From: Candidatus Bathyarchaeota archaeon RBG_13_38_9
GTDB taxonomy: Archaea > Thermoproteota > Bathyarchaeia > 40CM-2-53-6 > RBG-13-38-9
Direction: 5' to 3'
NCBI GenBank assembly: GCA_001775955.1
Contig: MEZD01000001.1
Coordinates: forward strand, 18,483-71,348
DNA length: 52,866 nucleotides
The notes below the pieces were generated by a model. The model ran no database searches, was not told where the DNA came from, and saw only the letters and a list, made by a program, of their open reading frames with translations. Positions 17,519 through 26,544 of the stretch are shown piece by piece. Every line of letters starts with the position of its first letter. The stretch's first letter is position 1. The position numbers were made by a program, and so were the translations under genes.

Positions 17519-17992
17519 TTATTTAATTTCCTCTAGCTCACTCAGGATGTCATCGTAATTTGGCTCTACTGTAGGATCTTCTGTAATCCATTTGTAGCGT
17601 ATTATACCTTTGTCGTCTATAATGAAAATCGAACGTTTCGCTGCAGTATAACCTTTTAATCCAGCGAAATCTTCAACTGCTACTCCATAAATTTTTACAA
17701 CCTCTCGAGAATAGTCACTTAAAAGATTAAAATTGAGACCGTTTATTTCCGAAAAAGCCTTGTTGCAGAATGGATCATTAACGCTTATTCCAATCACCTG
17801 TGCCTTCATATCGTTGAGTTTTGTGAGCGAATCTCGTAAGGTACACATTTCCTTTGTACAAACACTCGTGAATGCACCAGGATAAAAAGCTAAGACAATC
17901 TTGTTATCGAAATTTGTTAGTGATATCTTTTTTAAATTAATATCTGTCAAAGTGAAAATTGGTGCATTATTACCAATTTCAATTTCTACCAT
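17519..17992 (-). CDS. Peroxiredoxin (AhpC/TSA, Bcp/PrxQ-like).
   Basis: Peroxidatic-Cys motif PGAFTSVCTKEMC. 157 aa with a thioredoxin-fold pattern. Confidence 0.9.
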   Translation of the reverse strand: MVEIEIGNNAPIFTLTDINLKKISLTNFDNKIVLAFYPGAFTSVCTKEMCTLRDSLTKLNDMKAQVIGISVNDPFCNKAFSEINGLNFNLLSDYSREVVKIYGVAVEDFAGLKGYTAAKRSIFIIDDKGIIRYKWITEDPTVEPNYDDILSELEEIK

Positions 17993-18160
17993 GATAAACC
18001 CCGAATATTAATTTCTATCGTGTGATTGACTTTTATTTGAAATAAATAAATTTCGCTTTAGTACACTACGCTGAAAATATCTTTATCAACCATTAGCACG
18101 CACACTTCAATCATTAATGCTCGATATCCTTTTATTCATGAATTTTGGAAAAGGGCTAAG

Positions 18161-18667
18161 GTGTTTTTCATGGGAAAAAAGGCAAGAGATATAGTAAAAA
18201 TAGGAATTCAAGAATTACTTAAAGATCTCAATAGCTTATATGCAGATGAGTGGATAGCTTTTTACTATTACACGTGGGCTGCAAGTTATGCAGAAGGCCC
18301 ATTTTCTCCATCAATAACAAGTGAAATTGAAAAAATATCAAAAGATGAATTCGAGCATTCATCTGAACTTGCAGATAGAATATATGAGTTGGGTGGAGAA
18401 CCAGAGAAAGAACTAGAGAATCTTCAAAAATTAGCGAACTGTAAGAAAATCACATTCCCAAAAGACGAAAGAGATATCGATGGTATACTTAATGCTCTTA
18501 CTGCTGCAGAAGCATGTGCCATAGATGGGTATAATAAACTTCTACTCAAAATATCATCGTGTTATACAAATGATGTACGAACATTTCACCTCATTCAACA
18601 TATACTTTCAGAAGAAATCGAACATGAAGAAGCTTTTGAAAATCTACTAGAAAAGAAGAGACAATAA
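18161..18667 (+). CDS. Ferritin-like diiron protein (Dps-like/DPSL or bacterioferritin-like).
   Basis: Four-helix-bundle pattern with ExxH pairs (KDEFEHSSE, SEEIEHEEA). It is divergent from the peroxiredoxin gene. The start is GTG 18161 or ATG 18170. Confidence 0.75.
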   Translation: MFFMGKKARDIVKIGIQELLKDLNSLYADEWIAFYYYTWAASYAEGPFSPSITSEIEKISKDEFEHSSELADRIYELGGEPEKELENLQKLANCKKITFPKDERDIDGILNALTAAEACAIDGYNKLLLKISSCYTNDVRTFHLIQHILSEEIEHEEAFENLLEKKRQ

Positions 18668-18675
18668 GAACTTAG

Positions 18676-18711
18676 TTTTTTTTAAAATCTCTTCTTTCTT
18701 TTGTTTTTTTT
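18676..18711 (+). terminator. Two T8 runs after the ferritin-like gene, candidate archaeal oligo-T terminators.
   Basis: T8 at 18676-18683 and T8 at 18704-18711, immediately downstream of the stop at 18667. Confidence 0.4.
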
Positions 18712-18872
18712 AGAAACAAGAAAACTGGTCTCTAAATTATTAAAAATAATTGAATATTATACAAATTTTTACGCATTTATTATTTATTTAAAATTCACAT
18801 CATAACATAATATACGACAAAAAAGATGCATAGAAAACTAAATTATTATGGTTAACATGGTGTCCAAAATAT

Positions 18873-19751
18873 TTGCCTAAGAAGAAAAAACGTATTTCCA
18901 AGACTGAAATGAATAAATTACAAAATAAGATAGATGAAATCCGTGAGAATCTTAGAAGAAATGATAAAGTACTTGTCGCCATGTCTGGTGGAATAGATAG
19001 TTCCTTAGTCGCTTTATTAGCAAAGAAAGCAGTAGGTAAAAATGCCATAGCTGTAACAGTCGATTCAATAGCATTACCTAGAGAAGAAATCGAGGACGCA
19101 AAAAGAATATCTAAGAAAATTGGGATAAAACACATAACATTGAATATGAATAAAATTCCTAACCTAATTTTTTCTCAGAATCCCCCTGACCGATGTTATT
19201 ATTGCAAAAAAAGTATTATCAAAAAACTCAAACAAATTGCAAAAAAGCATGATATAAAAACAATAGCAGATGGAACAAATCTTGATGATTTAAAAACACA
19301 TAGACCAGGGGCCTTAGCACTCAGTGAAGAAAAAATTCTTAGTCCTCTAGCTGAAGCGGGTTTAACAAAAAAAGATATAAGAGAAATTTCTAAATTTTTC
19401 AATTTACCCAACGTAGAGAAACCTTCCATGGCATGCTTATTGTCTCGATTTCCATATGGACAAAAGATCACAAAGGAGAAGATCCATCGAGTTGCTGAAG
19501 CAGAAAAATTCATAAGAAGAATTCTTGATGCTAAAGAAGTTAGAGTACGATATCATGAAGATATTGCCCGAATAGAATTAGGGAGAGACGAAAGAAAACT
19601 CATTTTCGATGAAAAAAAGATGGATACAATATATAAAAAATTAAAAGAGTTAGGCTTCAATTATATAACAATCGATCTTCTAGGGTATAGAAGCGGAAGT
19701 TTAGATGAAACTCTAAAACGGAAAATTATTCCGAATAAATTGAATAAATAA
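18873..19751 (+). CDS. larE: LarE-type ATP-dependent sulfur transferase (PP-loop ATP pyrophosphatase, NPN cofactor biosynthesis).
   Basis: PP-loop VAMSGGIDSSLVA, the conserved CYYCK Cys region and the C-terminal VRVRYHEDIARIE pattern of the TIGR00268/LarE family. The start is TTG 18873 or ATG 18909. Confidence 0.8.
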   Translation: MPKKKKRISKTEMNKLQNKIDEIRENLRRNDKVLVAMSGGIDSSLVALLAKKAVGKNAIAVTVDSIALPREEIEDAKRISKKIGIKHITLNMNKIPNLIFSQNPPDRCYYCKKSIIKKLKQIAKKHDIKTIADGTNLDDLKTHRPGALALSEEKILSPLAEAGLTKKDIREISKFFNLPNVEKPSMACLLSRFPYGQKITKEKIHRVAEAEKFIRRILDAKEVRVRYHEDIARIELGRDERKLIFDEKKMDTIYKKLKELGFNYITIDLLGYRSGSLDETLKRKIIPNKLNK

Positions 19752-19886
19752 TAGGATCTAAAATATCGTTTAGTAAGAATCATCGAACATTAATGATATT
19801 AAACACAACCTTAAGACATTTATTCAACTAATCAAAATCAGTAAAAGCAAGAATATTTCAAATTATTAGATTAGTTACCAATATTT

Positions 19887-20699
19887 ATGCACGATGAGGC
19901 ATTATTGTTGAGAGATATTTTAGAGAGACTAATCAAAGGTTCGATTTCTATAGATGATGCCGAAAAACTGCTTAGAACACATACAATAGACGAAATTAGT
20001 AATATTGCCAAACTGGATATCAATAGAGACCTAAGGGGCGGAATACCTGAAATAATTCTTGCTGAAGGTAAGACCAACGAAGATCTATCAGATATCACTA
20101 AAAGCATGTTGAAAGAGAAAGGGAGAACAATAATTAGTCGAGCCAATAAAGAACAACTTGAATTTGTGCGAAAAACGGCCCCTAGAAATTCAGTCATCAA
20201 TATAAATCAGAAGGCCGGAATGTGCATTCTAAAAATGAAGGATTTTCAAATTTATGCTACTGGAGGCAAGATCGGTATCTTGGCAGCCGGAACTGCCGAT
20301 ATTCCAATCGCAGAAGAATCAAAAATTATTTCGGAAGAGATGGGTTGTCAAACAATTACCGCTTATGATGTAGGAGTAGCGGGTATTCACAGACTTTTTC
20401 CTCCTTTGAAAAGTATGATTGACAAGGATGTGGATGTCATTATTGTCATTGCAGGCCGGGAAGGTGCTCTACCATCTGTTGTCTCAGGTCTGGTTAATAT
20501 TCCAGTAATAGGTGTACCAACCTCAGTCGGATATGGCTTTGGGGAAAAAGGTATTGCATCCCTTATGGCTATGCTTCAAGCATGCTCGCTCGGACTATCT
20601 GTCGTGAACATCAACGGTGGAGTTGCAGCAGGTGTTATTGCAGTTCTTATTGCAAATAGAGTAGCCAAATTTAGAAACAAAACTTCAAAGATGAAATAA
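19887..20699 (+). CDS. larB: LarB-type nicotinic acid adenine dinucleotide carboxylase/hydrolase (PurE-like).
   Basis: N-terminal helical region plus a PurE-like domain (GILAAGTADIPIAEES ... DVGVAGIHRL ... VIAGREGALPSVVSGL ... PVIGVPTSVGYG). Confidence 0.85.
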   Translation: MHDEALLLRDILERLIKGSISIDDAEKLLRTHTIDEISNIAKLDINRDLRGGIPEIILAEGKTNEDLSDITKSMLKEKGRTIISRANKEQLEFVRKTAPRNSVININQKAGMCILKMKDFQIYATGGKIGILAAGTADIPIAEESKIISEEMGCQTITAYDVGVAGIHRLFPPLKSMIDKDVDVIIVIAGREGALPSVVSGLVNIPVIGVPTSVGYGFGEKGIASLMAMLQACSLGLSVVNINGGVAAGVIAVLIANRVAKFRNKTSKMK

Positions 20700-20712
20700 T
20701 ATTTGAGCTGAA

Positions 20713-21345
20713 ATGAACTCAAAAATCGATAATATTCAACTCTATTTGAAAAATATAATCGATAAAAGAGTAAGCACTCAAAAATATAAAATAATAATTA
20801 TCAAGAATTCCTATTTTTTTGTTATTCATAAAGGATATGAAGAAAAATTCTATACATCCGGGCATAAAGATATTAAAGGATGGTATAGTGGAATATTATC
20901 GTTCAGCAAAGCAGATCCAGATTTATTTCATATTTTTATTTCTGACATTTATTATAATCAGTTAAGTACTGAAGACCTTTTTCTAAAAATAGTATATCAA
21001 ATTATAATGCATCTCAATTTTGATTATTTAAAATTGAAATATAAAAAATCAAGAAAACAACTTTATAACTATCTAAAAAATAATCTTCCTAAAAATATTG
21101 AAATCAATGATTTAGCAATTGATAACCTATTAAACAGCAAAGAGGATCTAACTCTTTTTCATAAAGCAGGAATTATTATTCCACATATGAGCCTTTTTAC
21201 GTTGTTGGATAGACTTCCTGCTTCCGATAAAGATATAATTTATTTGAATGAGATTCAAACCCATTTAGAACCATTTGAATATATGATCGAAGACCATGAA
21301 GAACATCAATTAGAACATCATCATGAAACTCATGAGCATTACTAA
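20713..21345 (+). CDS. Hypothetical protein with a His-rich acidic C-terminal tail.
   Basis: 210-aa ORF 13 nt downstream of larB, visibly more AT-rich than its neighbours. It ends HEEHQLEHHHETHEHY (7 His in the last 16 residues). No family recognised. Confidence 0.5.
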   Translation: MNSKIDNIQLYLKNIIDKRVSTQKYKIIIIKNSYFFVIHKGYEEKFYTSGHKDIKGWYSGILSFSKADPDLFHIFISDIYYNQLSTEDLFLKIVYQIIMHLNFDYLKLKYKKSRKQLYNYLKNNLPKNIEINDLAIDNLLNSKEDLTLFHKAGIIIPHMSLFTLLDRLPASDKDIIYLNEIQTHLEPFEYMIEDHEEHQLEHHHETHEHY

Positions 21346-21387
21346 TCATAACATGTTCAGGTAATTTATGACGAAATTAAAATTATT

Positions 21388-22332
21388 ATGAAAATATGTA
21401 AGACTGAATCCAACCCAAATGAGGAGACAATTCTCTTGAGTAGACAACACATTAAGTTTGCAGACAAAGTAGAATTGATTAACAATAGAATGCATGAAAT
21501 ATTATCAGAGGAATCTATTCGTCTAAATCAGGTAGACTTAGTTGATGATCAAATAAGTACAATGGGTAAAAGATACAGACCAACCCTCCTTCTAGTGACT
21601 GGTGAAAGCATTGGGTTAGACTTGACCGAATTGATCAATGCAGCTGTTGGTATCGAATTAGTTCATGATTCTTCTTTAATTTTTGATGACATAATAGACG
21701 AAGAATATACGCGAAGAGAAAAACTATCATTACATAGGAGTTATGGAACTGGATTAGCTATCGGAATAGGGCTTACATTATCAGCAATTGGTATCAAATT
21801 ACTATTAAGTTACGAAAAAAAAGAAATCAAAGAACTTGTCTCTCAGATGTTAGTGGATCTTTCTGAGGGATCAACTCTCGAGAATAAGCATGATACTGAG
21901 ATGGGTATGGATGATTATCTAATTGTAAGTACACTAAAAAGCGGATCACTATTTGGAACAGCAACATCAATTGCTGCTGCACTTGCCAATAAGTCTCCTT
22001 ACGAAATCAATAGATTTCTTGATTTAGGAAGACTCATTGGATTATGCTACCAATTGATGGACGATATTGTTGACAAAAGATTTGATAAAAAAAGATTAAA
22101 CTATCAATCCAAATTAAAAATATCCAATAATATTCCGATCCACTCAGAGCTTTCATATTTACTTGAATCCAATTACTCAAATTCAGGTTCGAGTGATTCT
22201 TCTTTAATTCTTAGACATATGCTAAGAAGAGCTCTTAAAAGAATCTCTGAACTTGAAAATGAACTTATTTCAGAAAAACATCTTCATACTTTTCAAAGTT
22301 TTACAGAATATGTTTTTAAAAAAGTAATTTGA
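21388..22332 (+). CDS. trans-Polyprenyl diphosphate synthase (GGPP/FPP synthase family).
   Basis: First Asp-rich motif LIFDDIIDEEYTRR, second Asp-rich motif YQLMDDIVD, and the upstream GKRYRP motif. Confidence 0.85.
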   Translation: MKICKTESNPNEETILLSRQHIKFADKVELINNRMHEILSEESIRLNQVDLVDDQISTMGKRYRPTLLLVTGESIGLDLTELINAAVGIELVHDSSLIFDDIIDEEYTRREKLSLHRSYGTGLAIGIGLTLSAIGIKLLLSYEKKEIKELVSQMLVDLSEGSTLENKHDTEMGMDDYLIVSTLKSGSLFGTATSIAAALANKSPYEINRFLDLGRLIGLCYQLMDDIVDKRFDKKRLNYQSKLKISNNIPIHSELSYLLESNYSNSGSSDSSLILRHMLRRALKRISELENELISEKHLHTFQSFTEYVFKKVI

Positions 22333-22466
22333 TTTTTTTATATTTCTGTGATTATCAATTCTAAAAAAAGTTAGAGTTGAAAAAGGGAAAAATAACGCAC
22401 ACATGTTTTACACATAGAATAGTTACAAATTCAGAACAAGAAGGGTAATAAATAAAAAAAGAAGTT

Positions 22467-22494
22467 GTGAACATCATATACTTCAGATGTTCAC
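22467..22494. terminator. Perfect 9-bp inverted repeat between convergent genes.
   Basis: GTGAACATC (22467-22475), 10-nt loop, GATGTTCAC (22486-22494). It lies between the 3' ends of 21388-22332 (+) and 22505-23821 (-). Confidence 0.35.
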
Positions 22495-22504
22495 GCTGAG
22501 ATAC

Positions 22505-23821
22505 CTATATTATTTTTAATTCTTTTCCTACTCTTTCGAATCCCCCAACTGCATAATCCAATTGTTCTTTAGTATGATGGGAATTGACTATCGATCTTAT
22601 TCTATCGGTACCTTTAGGCACAACCGGATAGCTAATAGCTCCGCAGAATATTTTCTCCTTCTCGTAAAGTAGTTTGCTTAATAATTGTGCTTTCTCAGGA
22701 GTTCCCACTATTACAGGAGTTATAGGTGTTTGACTGACACCCGTATTGAAGCCCAAGTCTTGTAACTCTTTCTTGAAATATTTTGTATTATCACGTAGTC
22801 TCTCAACACGTTCTGGTTCTCGTTTGAGTATTTCTACAGCTTTCAATGCGGCTCCACATTCTCCTGGTGAAAGGAATCCCGTTGAGAAACAAAAAGGTCT
22901 AGAACGACGATAAAGGTAGTATCTTAGTTCTTCACTTCCAGCAATATATCCGCCAACAGTTGCTAATGCCTTTGACAGAGTACCCATTTGAACTTCTACT
23001 TTCCCTTCAACATTGAAATGTTCGCATGTTCCTCTTCCGTTCTTTCCGAGTACACCTGAAGCATGAGCTTCATCAATAAATGTAAACGCATCATATTTTT
23101 CGGCTAATTCTATAATTTCTGGAAGAGGACAAATATCACCATCCATGCTGAAAACTGCATCAGTGATTATCATAGTTTTACCGGTCTCACGTGTTTTCGT
23201 ACTTTCTTTCAGTTTCTTTTCAAGATCCTCCATATCATTATGTTTGTAGATTATGCGATTAGTTTTTCTCGCCATTCTGCATCCGTCTATTATACTTGCG
23301 TGATTCAGTTCATCACTTACTATCGTATCGCCTTCTGCCATAACACACCAGATTGAACCCAGATTAGCTGTATAACCCGTTGGGTAAACTAAAGCAGCAT
23401 CAGCCGACTTAAATTCCGCTAATTTCTCATCAAGTTCCTCTTGCATATCATAGGTCATGATCATGCGTCCAGTGCCCATCCCAGCTCCATATTTTTTAAT
23501 TGCAGCTATCGCAGCTTCTTTCATTTCAGGGTGATTGGCCAGTCCTAAGTAGTTGTTAGCACAAAGAATTAGAATTTCTTGGCCGTCTAGATTTGATTTT
23601 GTATCGTCTGGACCAGCTAGAACTCTAAAATGAGGAAAGTAATTTATTCTTTTGAGTTCGTCGAATTGTTCTCTGATAAATATTTCATATTTTTCATTTA
23701 CCAAGCTAGATCTACCTGTAAACCAGAAAGAAACGTTAGGTCCTTTAAAAGATTTTTCTAACCTCTGTTTTTTCATTAAGTGATTGAAGTTTCTCATCCA
23801 GCCATAGTTTCTTGGCAACAA
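22505..23821 (-). CDS. PLP-dependent alpha-oxoamine synthase (2-amino-3-ketobutyrate CoA ligase / 8-amino-7-oxononanoate synthase family).
   Basis: CANNYLGLANHP, DEAHASGVLG, FSMDGD and the PLP-Lys block GTLSKA. The ORF-track start probably over-extends the N-terminus by about 15-30 aa. Confidence 0.85.
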   Translation of the reverse strand: MLPRNYGWMRNFNHLMKKQRLEKSFKGPNVSFWFTGRSSLVNEKYEIFIREQFDELKRINYFPHFRVLAGPDDTKSNLDGQEILILCANNYLGLANHPEMKEAAIAAIKKYGAGMGTGRMIMTYDMQEELDEKLAEFKSADAALVYPTGYTANLGSIWCVMAEGDTIVSDELNHASIIDGCRMARKTNRIIYKHNDMEDLEKKLKESTKTRETGKTMIITDAVFSMDGDICPLPEIIELAEKYDAFTFIDEAHASGVLGKNGRGTCEHFNVEGKVEVQMGTLSKALATVGGYIAGSEELRYYLYRRSRPFCFSTGFLSPGECGAALKAVEILKREPERVERLRDNTKYFKKELQDLGFNTGVSQTPITPVIVGTPEKAQLLSKLLYEKEKIFCGAISYPVVPKGTDRIRSIVNSHHTKEQLDYAVGGFERVGKELKII

Positions 23822-23963
23822 TAAATCTGGTTAAAGATTGGATCAAGAGCAGACTAATTTACAAAGTTAATCTGATAAAAAATTTGCAAACAATTTAAGT
23901 ATGAATGAAATCATTATTAGAAAAATAATTCCGTTTTATAAAATACACATTTTGTTGATTCAA

Positions 23964-24617
23964 ATGTCTGAAACTGCACGTGAGATCAAAGAAGCTTTAC
24001 TAACACTTGATCGAGAGAAACTAATCCAGACTACTAAAACAAGCCTTGACAAGGGTGAAAATCCCCAAGAACTTCTCTCTGCGATAACAGCTGCCCTTCG
24101 TGAGGTAGGAGACAAATTTGAGAGTGGAGAATTCTTTCTTGTAGAATTAGTGAGTGCTGGCGAAGCTGCGAAGACAGTGATATCGGAGTATCTTAAACCT
24201 GTATTGAAAAAAATTGGTTCTGAAGGAAAACACCTTGGAGTAATTGCCATAGGAACAGTAGCTGGAGACATACATGATATTGGAAAAAGCATAGTTGCTT
24301 CGATGCTTTTCACAGCCGGATTTGAAATATTGGATCTTGGTGTTGATGTTACTGTTGAGAAATTCATCGAAACGGTAAAGAACGGTAATGTTGATGTTGT
24401 CGCAATGTCAGCTTTACTAAGTACAACTTTGCCAATGCAACGAGAAACTATTGAAGCTCTTAAAAAGAAAGACCTGCGCGACAAAGTCAAAGTGATAGTT
24501 GGAGGATCACCTGTCACTGAAGAGTGGGCTAAGGAAATAGGTGCAGACGGTTTTGCCGATAATGCATCTGAAGCTGTTAGACTTGTGAAGAAAATACTAG
24601 ATATTAGTGAGCGATGA
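23964..24617 (+). CDS. Methyltransferase-cognate corrinoid (B12-binding) protein, MttC/MtbC-like.
   Basis: N-terminal helical cap plus a Rossmann B12 domain with the DxHxxG motif (GDIHDIGKSIV) and SALLSTT. ATG 23964 (MSETAREIKEAL) is preferred over the track start 23901, whose extra 21 aa are Ile-rich and look non-coding. Confidence 0.85.
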   Translation: MSETAREIKEALLTLDREKLIQTTKTSLDKGENPQELLSAITAALREVGDKFESGEFFLVELVSAGEAAKTVISEYLKPVLKKIGSEGKHLGVIAIGTVAGDIHDIGKSIVASMLFTAGFEILDLGVDVTVEKFIETVKNGNVDVVAMSALLSTTLPMQRETIEALKKKDLRDKVKVIVGGSPVTEEWAKEIGADGFADNASEAVRLVKKILDISER

Positions 24618-24620
24618 AAA

Positions 24621-26072
24621 ATGATAGAATCGCCTAAAATTGGAATTTTCGAAATATTCTCTAGAGATGAACTTTATCGTATTCACACAGCCACTTTAGA
24701 GGTTCTTGAGAGAACTGGCGTTAGGGTAGAAGAGGAAAAAGCTCTAGAATTATTGAACAGTATTGGTGCTGATGTTAATTTTTCAACAAAAATCGTAAAA
24801 ATACCAAAACATATCGTGGAAGATGCAATAAAATATTCTGCAAGAACAGTACAATTTGCAGGTCGTAACAAGAAATTTGATTTAAAACTTGAAGGAAAAA
24901 GAGTGAATTTTGGTCTCGGAGAAGGCGCTATAAACATTCTTGATTATAAAACAGGATCGATAAGACCTTCAACGAAGACTGATATTATTAATGCAACCAA
25001 ACTTGCCGATGCACTATCCAATATAGATTTTGTAATGCCTCTCTTCACAGCCCAAGACGTGCCCAAACCAGTCATGCCCTTACACGACCTTCATGCATCA
25101 CTAAAAAACACAGAAAAACCAATTATGGTTGTGGACTTTGGTTTAGATGCAACTCATTTGATTAACATGGCAGCCTCAGTAGTCGGTGGACGAGATAAAC
25201 TGAAAGATAGACCGATTTTAGGAATGTATAGTGAGCCTATCTCACCTTTAACGCATGGCAGAGAACATACACGAAATCTTATAGAATTTGCAAAAGCAGA
25301 ACTACCCATAGTATATATTCCATCACCAGCATCATGCTCAACAGCACCAGCAACTATGGCAGGGGCTATAGTTCAATCCAACGCCGAAACTCTAAGCGGG
25401 AATGTAATTGCACAGTTCAGTAAGAAAGGTGCCCGATTCATTTATGGTGCAGATACAACAAACATGGATCAAAGAACTGGAGTTTTTTCTTATGGAGCTC
25501 CAGAATGGATGATTGTTAACTTAGCAATGGCTCAGCTTGGGAGGCACTATGAACTTCCAATTTGGAGCACAGGAGGATGTTCAGATTCAAAAGTTTTAGA
25601 TGGTCAAGCCACACTAGAGGCGAGTCTAAGTCTTTTTGCAGCAGCATCTAGTGGAGCAAATTTAATACATGATGTTGGCTCTTTCCTGAATTTTGGTCTA
25701 ACGGGAAGCCTAGAGCTAATCACTATCTGCGACGAAATCATCTCCATGATTTCCTACATATTGAAAGGAGTAGAAGTAACAGATGAAACACTAGCTCTAG
25801 ACGTTATAGACAAAGTAGGACCTGGCGGACAATTTATGACACAAGAACATACCTTGAAGTTCTTTAAGAAAGAACATTGGATGCCTAAACTTCTAGATAG
25901 GCAAACTAGAAGCACTTGGGAGAAAACAGGGTCAAAAGACTTAGCAACAAGAGCTAATGAAAGAACAAAAGAGATCTTAGCAAAACATCAACCAACTCCA
26001 CTTTCAAAAGATATAGAAAACGATCTCGACAATGAATTAAGAAAAGCTGAAAAGAAAATATTACAAAAATAA
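24621..26072 (+). CDS. MttB-superfamily methyltransferase (trimethylamine methyltransferase family) with no in-frame amber codon.
   Basis: 483-aa uninterrupted ORF starting 3 nt after the corrinoid protein gene. N-terminal IHTATLEVLERTGV and the overall length are typical of the MttB family. Confidence 0.85.
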   Translation: MIESPKIGIFEIFSRDELYRIHTATLEVLERTGVRVEEEKALELLNSIGADVNFSTKIVKIPKHIVEDAIKYSARTVQFAGRNKKFDLKLEGKRVNFGLGEGAINILDYKTGSIRPSTKTDIINATKLADALSNIDFVMPLFTAQDVPKPVMPLHDLHASLKNTEKPIMVVDFGLDATHLINMAASVVGGRDKLKDRPILGMYSEPISPLTHGREHTRNLIEFAKAELPIVYIPSPASCSTAPATMAGAIVQSNAETLSGNVIAQFSKKGARFIYGADTTNMDQRTGVFSYGAPEWMIVNLAMAQLGRHYELPIWSTGGCSDSKVLDGQATLEASLSLFAAASSGANLIHDVGSFLNFGLTGSLELITICDEIISMISYILKGVEVTDETLALDVIDKVGPGGQFMTQEHTLKFFKKEHWMPKLLDRQTRSTWEKTGSKDLATRANERTKEILAKHQPTPLSKDIENDLDNELRKAEKKILQK

Positions 26073-26095
26073 AAAAATAGAGCACCCTGATATTC

Positions 26096-26455
26096 ATGCT
26101 GAATGTAAATCTGAGGAAGACTGTCACATCAGATAATATTGAACTCAGTACTGTGGTGAAAAAATCGTCAAAACGCCCTAAATTAAAAAAATACAAACCT
26201 GGAACCTTCGACAAATATGTCGCCTATGGTCAACGACATAGGAAACTCATGCTGGTTTCCAAAGGAATCCTTAACGGATTCCAAGTCAAATGTAAATCTG
26301 AAAAAAAAGCAAATAATCTTGCACACTCTTTCCGTACAAGACGCCCGAAAATAGAAAACAGCAAAGATGGCCGTTACAAACTAATAATAAAACAAAAAGA
26401 AAATAAAATTTATGTAATAAAAAGTCATCTACTCAGAAAAGAATTAAAATCATAA
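26096..26455 (+). CDS. Hypothetical, strongly basic (Lys/Arg-rich) protein.
   Basis: 119-aa ORF 23 nt downstream of the MttB-family gene. No motif recognised, and whether it is coding is uncertain. Confidence 0.35.
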   Translation: MLNVNLRKTVTSDNIELSTVVKKSSKRPKLKKYKPGTFDKYVAYGQRHRKLMLVSKGILNGFQVKCKSEKKANNLAHSFRTRRPKIENSKDGRYKLIIKQKENKIYVIKSHLLRKELKS

Positions 26456-26544
26456 ATCCTAACAAAAATTTAAGAAATTTAGATACTATCAAGAATTTAC
26501 TTTGATTAATTATAATTCTATAATTTCCGTGTTCATATTGATTA

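Noticed and set aside
22505-23821. Calling the alpha-oxoamine synthase BioF as part of a biotin operon.
   Set aside because: No bioA, bioD or bioB genes are nearby, and the family cannot be split into Kbl versus BioF by eye. It is left at family level.
23960-24517. 185-aa ORF antisense to the first corrinoid protein gene. A similar 175-aa antisense ORF lies at 51562-52089 in the second one.
   Set aside because: Both lie entirely inside genes with strong family motifs (DxHxxG) on the opposite strand. Their products are low-complexity Ser/Thr/Pro/Ile-rich sequences. These are shadow ORFs produced by the codon composition of the sense genes.
24621-26072. An in-frame amber (pyrrolysine) codon in the MttB-family gene.
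   Set aside because: The ORF is continuous for 483 aa with no internal TAG, so this is a non-Pyl family member and not a recoded gene.
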